Both the position numbers and the translations under genes were made by a program. Positions 1-9,700 of a DNA stretch of 64,000 nucleotides are shown piece by piece (position 1 is the stretch's first letter; each line of letters begins with the position of its first letter). Source of the DNA: Eledone cirrhosa (lineage: Eukaryota); NCBI GenBank assembly GCA_964016885.1, contig OZ024757.1, forward strand, positions 14,756,001 to 14,820,000. The letters are read 5' to 3'. Below the pieces are notes generated by a model. That model searched no databases. It had not been told where the DNA came from and worked only from the letters and a program-made list of their open reading frames with translations.

Positions 1-355
1 TCATCTCTTATATTTACATTTTCTTCCCCAATTCTGTATTTTGAAGTCCTTTCAGTATTTTAAATATTTCCATCATGTCACTCGTTAGAATTACAACTTT
101 GGAGGAGACTAATCAAAGTGTTTGTCTTTGGTATAGTGAACTAATGTTGATATTTTCAAGTCTTGACATTTATATGGAATAGTGTACTAATATTTAAATA
201 GTCTTTATATTTTTATCCTGTCTCCAAGATTTTAGATTTTTCAGCATTTAGCTAGGAAAAAGAACGTTTTATTATTTCCATTATCAGTCTCGCTGTTTTG
301 CTTCAACATGGTTAGCCATCTTTCAATTCTTATTCATAAACATTCACAATTCTTC
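1..355 (-). mobile_element. Degenerate CR1-like LINE ORF2 3' fragment
   Basis: Homologous to 12590-13110; minus strand reads ..TSDMMEIFKILKGLQN.., resembling the CR1 C-terminal GDLIEVFKIMKG motif. Confidence 0.6.
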
Positions 356-356
356 T

Positions 357-3300
357 GAGAGAAACAAGAGATGAGAGGAACGAGAGAGAGAAGAGAGGTG
401 AGAGGAACGAAAAAGAGATGAGAAACGAGAGAGACGAACGAGAGAGACGAACGAGAGAGACGAACGAGAGAAACGAACGAGAGAAACGAACGAGAGAAAG
501 ATGAAACTAGAGAGAGAGATGAAACTAGAGAGAGAGATGAAACTAGAGAGAGATGAAACGATAGAGAGAGAGTGGAAACGATAAAGTGAGAGAGAGAGTG
601 ATATAACGAGAGAGAGAGGTGAAACGAGAGAGAGAGAGAGATAAATGAAACGAAAGAGATGAAACGAGAGAGAGGGATGGAAGGAGAGAGAGGGGGATGG
701 ATGTAGAGAGAGGGATGGATGTAGAGAGAGAGGGATAGGAACGGATAGAGAGGGAGGGATAGAGAGAGTGAGACGGATGTAGCGAGTGAGAGGGGTGGAT
801 AGGAGAGAGAGGGATGGAGAGAAAGGGATGGAGAGAGAGGGACGGAAGGATAGATGGATGGATGGAGAGAGGGATGGAAGGAGAGAGAGGGATAGAGAGA
901 GAGGGACGGAAGGATGGATAGAGAATTGGATGGAGAGAGAGGGATGGATAGATGGAGAGAGAGAAGGATAGAGAGAGCGGGAGGGATGGATAGATGGAGA
1001 GAGAAGGATAGAGAGAGCGGGAGGGATGGATAGATGGAGAGAGAAGGATAGAGAGAGCGGGATTGATGGAGAGAGAGAGATGGATGGATAGAAGGAGGGA
1101 TGGATAGGAGAGATAGTGAGAGAGGGATGGATGGAAAGAGAGAGAGGGATGGATGGAAAGAGAGAGAGGGATGGAGAGGGATGGATGGATAGAGAGAGCG
1201 GGACGGATAGAGAGAGCGGGATGGCTGGAGAGGGATGGATGGGGAGAGAGACAGAGGGATGGAGAGAGAGAGAGAGGGGCGGATAGAGAGAGAGGGACGG
1301 ATGGATGGATAGAAAGGGATGGATAGAGAGAGAGAGAGGGATGGAAAGAGAGAGAGAGGGACGGATGGATGGATAGAAAGGGATGGATAGAGAGAGAAAG
1401 GGATGGATAGAGAGAGAGAGTGAGAGGGATGGATAGTGAGAGGGATGGATGGAAGGAGAGAGAGGGATGGATGTAGAGAGATTGGAGAGAGGGAGGTATG
1501 GAGAGAGAGAGAGGGATGGATGGATGGGTAGAGAGAGGGATGGATGGGTAGAGAGGGACGGATAGAGAGAGAGAGAGAGTGCGGGATGGATGGAGAGAGA
1601 GGTGGATGGAGAGAGAGAGAGAGAGAGAGCGGGATGGAGAGAGAGAGAGAGAGCGGGATGGAGAGAGAGAGAGAGAGCGGGATGGCTGGAGAGGGATGGC
1701 TGGATAGAGAGAGAGAGAGAGATGGAGAGGGATGGATGGATGGATAGAGAGAGCGGGACGGATAGAGAGGGATGGGGAGAGAGAGAGAGATGGATAGAGA
1801 GACAGAGGGATGGAGAGAGAGGGGCGGATAGAGAGAGAGGGACGGATGGATGGATAGAAAGAGAGAGGGACGGATGGATAGAAAGAGAAAGGGATGGAGA
1901 GAAGGAGAGATAGAGAGAGAGAGAGGGATGGATGGAAAGAGAGAGGGATGGAGAGGGATGGAAAGAGAGAGAGGGATGGAGAGGGATGGAAAGAGAGAGA
2001 GGGATGGAGATGGATAGATAGAAAGAGAAAGGGATGGATAGAAGGAGAGAGAAAGGGATGGATAGAAGGAGAGAGAGAGGGATGGATGGAGAGAGAGAGG
2101 GATGGATGGAGAGAGGGATGGATGGATGGATAGAGAGAGCGGGACGGATAGAGAGAGAGAAAGAGGGATGGAAGGAGAGAGATAGAGCGGGATGGCTGGA
2201 GAGGGATGGCTGGGGAGAGAGATAGAGCGGGATGGCTGGAGAGGGATGGCTGGGGAGAGAGATAGAGCGGGATGGCTGGAGAGGGATGGCTGGGGAGAGA
2301 GATAGAGCGGGATGGCTGGAGAGGGATGGCTGGGGAGAGAGACAGAGGGATGGAGAGAGAGAGAGGGGCGGATAGAGAGAGAGGGACGGATGGATGGATA
2401 GAAAGAGAGAGGGACGGATGGATGGATAGAAAGAGAGAGGGACGGATGGATGGATAGAAAGAGAAAGGGATGGATAGAAGGAGAGATAGAGAGAGATGGA
2501 TGGAAAGAGAGAGAGGGATGGAGAGGGATGGAAAGAGAGAGAGGGATGGAAAGAGAGAGAGGGATGGATGGATAGAGAGAGCGGGACGGATAGAGAGAGA
2601 GAGGGATGGAAGGAGAGACTGAGATGAAACGATAGAGAGAGAGTGAGAGAGGGTGATATAACGAGAGAGAGAGGTGAAACGAGAGAGAGAGAGAGATAAA
2701 TGAAACGAAAGAGATGAAACGAGAGAGAGGGATGGAAGGAGAGAGAGAGGGATGGAAGGAGAGAGAGAGAGATGGAAGGAGAGAGAGGGACGGAAGGAGA
2801 GAGAGGGACGGAAGGAGAGAGAGGGACGGATAGAGAGAGAGAGGGACGGATAGAGAGAGAGAGGGACGGAAGGAGAGAGAGGGACGGAAGGAGAGAGAGG
2901 GACGGATAGAGAGAGAGAGGGATGGAAGGAGAGAGAGGGATGGAAGGAGAGAGAGGGACGGATAGAGAGAGAGAGAGGGACGGATAGAGTGAGATGGATA
3001 GAGAGAGAGGGACGGAAGGATAGATGGATAGAGAGGGATAGAGAGAGAGGGACGGAAGGATGGATAGAGAATTGGATGGAGAGAGAGGGATGGATAGATG
3101 GATGGAGAATTGGATGGATAGATGGAGAGAGAGGGATGGATAGATGGAGAGAGAGAAGGATAGCGAGAGCGATGGATGGATAGAGGGATGGATGGATAGA
3201 TAGAGAGAGCGGGACGGATAGAGAGAGCGGGATGGCTGGAGAGGGATGGATGGGGAGAGAGAGAGGGATGGAAAGAGAGAGAGAGGGACGGATGGATGGA

Positions 3301-5195
3301 TAGAAGGAAGGAGAGGGATGGATAGAAGGAAGGAGAGGGAAGGATAGAGAGAGGGATGGAAGGAGAGAGAGAGAGGGATGGAAGGAGAGAGAGAGAGGGA
3401 TGGATAGAGAGAGAGAGAGGGATGGATAGAGAGAGAGAGAGGGTTGGAAGGAGAGAGAGGGATGGATGTAGAGAGATTGATGGAGAGAGGGAGGTATGGA
3501 GAGAGGGAGAGGGGTGGATGGATGGATAGAGAGCGGGATGGCTGGAGAGAGAGGGATGGAAGGAGAGAGAGAGAGCGGGATGGCTGGAGAGAGAGCGGGA
3601 TAGCTGGAGAGGGATGGCTGGAGAGGGATGGCTGGATAGCGGGATGGCTGGATAGAGGGATGGATGGATGGATAGAGAGAGCGGGACGGATAGAGAGAGA
3701 GAGGGATGGAAGGAGAGAGAGAGAGATGGATAGAGAGACAGAGGGATGGAGAGAGAGAGGGGCGGATAGAGAGAGAGGGACGGATGGATAGAAGGAGAGA
3801 TAGAAAGAGATGGATGGAAAGAGAGAGAGGGATGGATAGAGAGAGAGAGGGATGGAAGGAGAGACTGAGATGAAACGATAGAGAGAGAGATGAAACGATA
3901 GAGAGAGAGATGAAACGAGAGACTGAGATGAAACGAGAGAGAGAGAGTGGAAACGATAAAGTGAGAGAGAGAGTGATATAACGAGAGAGAGGTGAAACGA
4001 GAGAGAGAGAGAGATAAATGAAACGAAAGAGATGAAACGAGAGAGAGGGATGGATAGAGAGAGAGAGAGATCGAGAGAGAGGGATGGATAGAGAGAGAGA
4101 GAGATGGAGAGAGAGAGAGGGAGGGATGGAAGGAGAGAGAGAGAGAGAGAGAGTGAGAGGGACGGAGAGAGAGAGGGATGGATAGAGAGAGAGAGAGGGA
4201 CGGAAGGATGGATAGAGAATTGGATGGAGAGAGAGGGATGGATAGATGGAGAGAGAGAAGGATAGAGAGAGCGATGGAGAGGGATGGATGGATAGAGAGA
4301 GAGAGGGATGGATGGATGGATAGAGAGAGAGAGGGATGGATGGATGGATAGAGAGAGAGAGGGATGGATAGAGAGAGAGAGAGGGATGGAAAGAGAGAGA
4401 GAGAGGGATGGAGAGAGAGGGACGGATGGATGGATAGAAAGGTATGGATAGAGAGAAGAGATGGATGGATAGAAGGAAGGAGAGGGAAGGATAGAGAGAG
4501 AGAGAAGGATAGAGAGAGGGATGGAAGGAGAGAGAGAGAGAGAGAGAGAGGTGGATGTAGAGAGAGAGAGAGGTGGATGTAGAGAGAGAGAGAGAGGTGG
4601 ATGGATGGATGGATAGAGAGGGATGGAGAAAGGAATGGATGGATGGAGAGAGAGAGGGATGGAAGGAGAGAGAGGGATGGAAGGAGAGAGAGCGGGATGG
4701 CTGGAGAGGGATGGCTGGATAGAGAGAGAGAGAGATGGAGAGGGATGGATGGATAGAGGGATGGATGGATGGATAGAGAGAGCGGGACGGATAGAGAGAG
4801 GGATGGATAGAGAGAGAGAGAGGGATGAATGAAGAGCGAGAGGGATGGATGGAGAGGGGGGATGGATAGAGAGAGAGAGGGAGGAATGGATGGATAGAGA
4901 GAGAGAGATGGATGGAGAGTGAGAGGGATGGATAGAGAGAGGGATGGATATAGAGAGAGAGAGAGAGATGGATGGAAAGAGAGAGGCGGACGGATGTAGA
5001 GAGAGAGAGAGGGATGGAAGGAGAGAGGGATGGAGAGAGGGGGATGGATAGAGAGAGAGGGATGGATAGATAGAGAGAGAGGGATGGATAGATAGAGAGA
5101 GAGGGATGGATGGAGAGAGAGAGGGATGGATGGAGAGAGAGAGGGATGGATGGAGAGAGAGAGGGACGGATGGAGAGAGAGAGGGATGAATGAAA
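357..5195. repeat. Compound purine-rich satellite ((GA)n/GGAT/GGAA/GAAAC), array 1
   Basis: Directly visible low-complexity tract, plus strand mostly G/A. Confidence 0.98.
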
Positions 5196-5217
5196 TAGAA
5201 AAACATGTAAGACTTAC

Positions 5218-5290
5218 CCATTTGTGATGTCAAATAAAGTTTGACAGTACTCTTAGATTTTACAATTATAGCAATGGCTCGACATGATAA
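5218..5290 (-). other. Putative 73-nt spliced exon
   Basis: Minus strand: acceptor tttctgtatattttctatcttgtgtag, donor TGG|GTAAGT; one frame open ([24 protein letters not shown]). No homology recognised. Confidence 0.4.
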
Positions 5291-5324
5291 CTACACAAGA
5301 TAGAAAATATACAGAAACTAATAT

Positions 5325-5480
5325 AATTGTTTCTACTTTTGGCACAAGTTCAGCTATAACTCAGTGTATTACTGGTACTTTATTTTATCGACCCTGTAAG
5401 GATGAAAGTTAACCACGGCGGGATTTGAACTCAGAATGGAAAAGGGCGTAATTCTATACGTCAAATCATGGCGTCCGACG
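5325..5480 (-). mobile_element. tRNA-derived SINE (octopus-type), partial
   Basis: Reverse complement contains GAGTTCAAATCCCGCCG..CTTTCATCCTTACAGGGTCGATAAAATAAAGTACCAGT..TTGTGCCAAAAGTAGAAAC, matching the plus-strand copy at 11919-12100. Confidence 0.8.
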
Positions 5481-5653
5481 GTGTTGTGTGATGTATAGGT
5501 TGTGTGATGCGTGTGGTGTGGTGATGTGTGTAGTGTGGTGTGTGGTGTGGTGTAGAAGGTAATGTGTGGTGTGTAGAGTATAATGTGTGGTGAGTGATGT
5601 GTATAGCGTGGAGTGTGCACATGGTGTGTGAGTATGTGGTGAGGGTGTGGTAT

Positions 5654-5726
<73 letters not shown>
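5481..5726. repeat. Degenerate TG/TGG tract ending in pure (TG)n microsatellite
   Basis: Visible; source of the HTHTHT/CVCVCV ORFs. Confidence 0.95.
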
Positions 5727-5730
<4 letters not shown>

Positions 5731-5980
5731 AAGCCGTTCCCTTTTTAATTTGAGAAATAGGACAGAATCCAAACCCCATTTATAAGCCATGGTGGCTAAT
5801 CAACACAGATGACAGTTTTAAATTCTCATGGGTGGAGAATATATTTATGAAGTTTTAATATTTTGATATTTAAAATGTATAGTTTTTATTTCACTTCATT
5901 ATGTAATGAGTTACCATTTTCTGATTGTTTTCAAGGTCATATTCATTAAAAACATCAAAAATAATAGCAAATATAAATTT

Positions 5981-6900
5981 CACCTCCAAAGTGAAACTGG
6001 TGTAATATTCCAAAGTGAAACTGGTGTAGTATATTCACATCCAAAGTGAAAAACTGGTGTAATATTCCAAAGTGTAAACTGGTGTAATATTCCAAAGTGT
6101 AAACTGGTGTAATATTCCAAAGTGAAACTGGTGTAGTATATTCACATCCAAAGTGAAAAACTAGTGTAATATTCACCTCCAAAGTGAAACTGGTGTAGTA
6201 TATTCACATCCAAAGTGAAACTGGTGTAATATTCACCTCCAAAGTGAAACTGGTGTAATATATCCACCTCCAAAGTGAAACTGGTGTAATATTCACCTCC
6301 AACGTGAAACTGGTGTAATATTCTCCTCCAACGTGAAACTGGTGTAATATTCTCCTCCAACGTGAAACTGGTGTAGTATATTCACATCCAAAGTGAAAAA
6401 CTGGTGTAATATTCCAAAGTGAAACTGGTGTAATATTCCAAAGTGTAAACTGGTGTAATATTCACCTCCAAAGTGAAACTGGTGTAATATATCCACCTCC
6501 AAAGTGAAACTGCTGTAATATATCCACCTCCAAAGTGAAACTGGTGCAATATTCCAAAGTGAAACTGGTGTAGTATATTCACATCCAAAGTGAAAAACTA
6601 GTGTAATATTCCAAAGTGTAAACTGGTGTAATATTCCAAAGTGTAAACTGGTGTAATATTCACTTCCAAAGTGAAACTGGTGCAATATTCACCTCCAAAG
6701 TGAAACTGGTGTAATATTTCAAAGTGAAACTGGTGTAGTATATTCATATCCAAAGGGAAAAACTGGTGTAATATTCCAAAGTGAAACTGGTGTAATATTC
6801 CAAAGTGTAAACTGGTGTAATATTCACCTCCAAAGTGAAAAACTGGTGTAATATTCATCTTCAAAGTGAAACTGGTGCAACATTCATCTCCAAAGCGAAA
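5981..6900. repeat. Minisatellite, ~24-33 bp variants of CACCTCCAAAGTGAAACTGGTGTAATATT
   Basis: About 30 head-to-tail units without unique spacers. Confidence 0.95.
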
Positions 6901-7234
6901 ATATTTTAGCACCTCATTTACATATAATTTTTAAGTTGGTGAAATCAAAATATTGACCTCAAAGACAAGTCCTCCCCCCTATTTTACCATCAATATTTTG
7001 TCACATTTCTCGACATATATACAAGTATATACAATATTTACTTTACATAAATTATCAAAAGATTTGCTATTTATGTAAACAGAATTATCCGAAACTAAAT
7101 CTAATAAAATTTCTTTTAATTAAATTTAAGAAAAAATATAGTTTGAAAGAAAACTAGAGATCACTGCTCGGACCAAGGTGTAGGGGTCACTGATTTTGAC
7201 CAAGGTGTAGGGGTCACGACATACAAAGTGAGGT

Positions 7235-7380
7235 AAGCGTTTGGAAAGGCTTCCAGCTGTTAAAGCGAAGCCAAGATCAGTTCTGTATGAGCAAGACATG
7301 GTCACCTGACATTTCCCACAATAGGACAACTCGTCTAACCCATGCTAGCGTAGAAAAATTGATATTAAATGGTGATTATA
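7235..7380 (+). mobile_element. SINE 3' portion with RTE-type tail
   Basis: GGAAAGGCTTCCAGCTGT...CGTCTAACCCATGCTAGCGTAGAAAAATTGATATTAAATGGTGAT resembles the RTE 3' tail seen at 8030-8075. Confidence 0.5.
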
Positions 7381-7420
7381 TATATATATAGTGTGTGTGC
7401 GTGTGCGTGTGCGTGTGTGT

Positions 7421-7605
7421 CTCGGGTTCAATCGAGGGGGAAACCACGGTAGGTAAAGTACTCAATACATTAGTAGAGTATATACAAAATATAATATAGA
7501 AATAGCTTCTACAGGACTAGAACTGTTTCATTCGAAGGAAATCATCAGGAAAGCCCTGATTTCCCTGAAATGAAAGTTCTAGTCCTGTAGAAGCCATTTC
7601 TATAT
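7421..7605. mobile_element. Penelope-like inverted-repeat element (hairpin) with hammerhead motif
   Basis: Arms ATATAGAAATAGCTTCTACAGGACTAGAAC / GTTCTAGTCCTGTAGAAGCCATTTCTATAT; homologous elements at 17318 and 20946. Confidence 0.6.
7504..7556 (-). ncRNA. Type I hammerhead ribozyme motif
   Basis: GGGCTTTC-CTGATGA-TTTC CTTC GAAT-GAAA-CAG TTCTAGTC CTG-TA-GAAGCT: conserved core, stem III ACAG/CTGT, GUA cleavage triplet, stem I GCTTTC/GAAGC. Confidence 0.6.
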
Positions 7606-8070
7606 CATTCTGTTGACAAAGGGTTTCTCCCTACGAACGGAAGGCCAGTTATATGATGCCTGTGTGAGATGGGCAGCAACTGCGGAGGATATGCGACGGC
7701 TGGAGAGAAATGAATCAAGCATGCTCCGTTGGATGTGCAATGTCAATGTGTGTGAACGACCAAGTATAGACGAGTTGAAAAAGAAACTGGGTATAAGAGG
7801 GGTAAGTTGTGGTGTGCAGGAGAGAAGACTACGATGGTATGGACATGTGATGCGCATGGAGGATGACCGCTGGGTAAAGAAGTGCCAAGAAATCCCAGTA
7901 GAAGGAAGATGCAGTAGAGGGAGACCACGAAAATCATGGGCGGAAGTGGTGAGAGCTGACCTCAGATCGCTGAAGCTCACAGATGACGACCGAGGACAGT
8001 AACGATGGAGACATGCTGTGCTGAATAGGACCCGTCCCATCCTTGCAAACAGGAAAAAGCAGACGTATGA

Positions 8071-8075
<5 letters not shown>
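7606..8075 (+). mobile_element. 5'-truncated RTE-clade LINE (ORF C-terminus + 3' tail)
   Basis: ORF 7613-8002: MLRWMCNV..RRLRWYGHVMRM..GRCSRGRPRKSW, typical of the RTE C-terminus; a premature stop is followed by RWRHAV; ends in an (AT)n tail. Confidence 0.88.
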
Positions 8076-8105
<30 letters not shown>

Positions 8106-8386
8106 AGAAACAAATATACTACTTGACTAATATACTAATATGTATAGATAATAAAGATATAACAAACCTGTTGGTATAAACATCAACACTGGTAGACTCC
8201 TTTAGTACAGGAGAGGGGCAGATGATACTCATGGCTTGTGTTTGATCAATAGCATCACTCCTTCCCTATGGCACATACATTTCTATTTGGTAGTGACCAG
8301 TTGTTTCCTCCTGCTAAGAAAGAAATACCACCAGGGGTCAGAAGGTTAATTTATTAGTTTTATTTATTTAGTTTATGTATCATATA

Positions 8387-8465
8387 TAGGGTGTCCCCCC
8401 AAAATGTATACACACTTCAACAATATTCTAATAAATATGTGTATGCATTTTTGGGGGTCACCCTG
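8387..8465. mobile_element. 79-bp Tc1/mariner-type MITE
   Basis: TA|TAGGGTGTCCCCCCAAAATGTATACACA ... TGTGTATGCATTTTTGGGGGTCACCCTG|TA: ~28 bp TIRs of CAGGGTG type with TA target site. Confidence 0.75.
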
Positions 8466-8605
8466 TATTTGTGGCTGAATTTTTGGGGTGGTGGTGGGAG
8501 GTTATTGTGGCTGAGGGGAGGGAGGGAGAATGTAGATTGTGTGTGTGTGTGTGTTGACTGTCGACTGTGTGTGTGTGTGTGTAAGTAGAAGGGAGAGAGA
8601 ACGTG

Positions 8606-8649
8606 AGATGGGAGAGAGACACATACATGTATGTGTGTCTCTCCCATCT
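8606..8649. repeat. 44-bp near-perfect palindrome
   Basis: AGATGGGAGAGAGACACATACA|TGTATGTGTGTCTCTCCCATCT, one mismatch, no spacer. Confidence 0.85.
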
Positions 8650-8788
8650 ATGTAGATATAGAGTAATGTGAATGCAAAAGGGTTAAATGCACACAAACAT
8701 ACATATACACAGCCTTAATATAAACCAATCCGGTCAGTTTAAACTGGAGATGGTAGACAGCCAGACCAATCTCAGAGATAATATTTAC

Positions 8789-8882
8789 GTTTATGTTGAC
8801 AGGGCAAATGGCTGGGTATTTGTGTGGTCAGCTAGAACAATGACGTCCCCTTCTGTAAGGTTGCCAGGACGGGTCTGGGTCA
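8789..8882 (-). other. Putative 94-nt spliced exon
   Basis: Minus strand: acceptor attgttttaattttgtag, weak donor AAC|GTAAAT; all three frames contain a stop. Confidence 0.25.
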
Positions 8883-9013
8883 CTACAAAATTAAAACAAT
8901 ATTTGTTATATGAACAGTGTGTGTGTGTGTATGTGTGAGTAGGGGGTAATTTGTTGTGTGGGGTTAATTTAGAGAATATAGGGTTAACATCAACAATGTG
9001 GAGGTAATATGGC

Positions 9014-9222
9014 TAACATGAAGAGTGTGGTGGGGGAGGGGATAAACATGGCGAGAGTGTGGTGGAGGGCAAACATGGCGAGAGTGCGGTGGGGGTCAAA
9101 CATGGTGAGAGTGTGGGGGGGGGAACATGGCGAGAGTGTGTGTGTGTGTATGTGGGGGGGGGGGAGAGAGGGGGGGATGCGGGATAACATGGCGAGAGTG
9201 TGGGGGCTAACATGGGGAGAGG
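9014..9222 (+). repeat. G-rich minisatellite, 7 copies of AACATGGCGAGAGTG with G-run spacers
   Basis: Visible repeats; four exact AACATGGCG. Confidence 0.85.
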
Positions 9223-9306
9223 CTTTTGAACAGGAGGGGATATCAGTATGCGTGTAGTTGTAGAAGTAGAAGGGTAACATATATATATATATATGTGTGT
9301 GTGTGT

Positions 9307-9530
9307 GGAGGCACGTGGCCTAGTGGTAAGGGTGTTGGACTTACAATCATAACATCGTGGGTTCGATTCCTGGGTTGCATGTTGTGTTCTTGAGCAAAAC
9401 ACTTCATTTCACGTTGCTCCAGTAAACTAAGCTGAAAATGAGTACCAGCAATAGATGGGAGGTTTAACCCTGCGATGGACTGGCGCCCTGTCCAGGGTGG
9501 AGTCTTGTACTCTCAGTCGCTTCACGCCAT
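9307..9530 (+). mobile_element. tRNA-derived SINE with CORE-like and V-domain-like segments
   Basis: A box TGGCCTAGTGG, B box GGTTCGATTCC, then GTGTTCTTGAGCAAAACACTT and CCTGCGATGGACTGGCGCCCTGTCCAGGGTG. Confidence 0.85.
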
Positions 9531-9661
9531 AATGCATGGAAAATCTAAGTCGTCTAACTACAGAGGTACAACGTCAAACCACTCTAGCACATTACTATAA
9601 AAAGTTATTTAAAAAATAAATAGATGATAAATAGAAAAAGAGAAATGGGGAATACATATAC

Positions 9662-9697
<36 letters not shown>

Positions 9698-9700
<3 letters not shown>

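Noticed and set aside
344-5233. 1629-aa Ser/Leu/Pro/His/Ile ORF (also 22448-29869 and 53055-55640)
   Set aside because: The CT-rich strand rarely forms stop codons; length and frame differ among copies; the start is non-ATG and lies just before a splice-donor-like site.
5981-6900. CRISPR-like array or repeat protein (ILHQFHFG / EYYTSF)
   Set aside because: No unique spacers, no cas genes, eukaryotic context; unit lengths shift the frame constantly.
7613-8002. Host protein-coding gene
   Set aside because: Truncated RTE C-terminus with no ATG start and a premature stop.
8687-8938. 83-aa plus-strand ORF
   Set aside because: Begins and ends in microsatellite, no recognisable domain; conservation only reflects recent duplication.
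9014-9222. Repeat-spacer pattern resembling CRISPR
   Set aside because: The repeat is only ~15 bp and the spacers are related low-complexity G-runs.
9307-9375. Functional tRNA gene
   Set aside because: No acceptor stem; continues directly into a SINE body.
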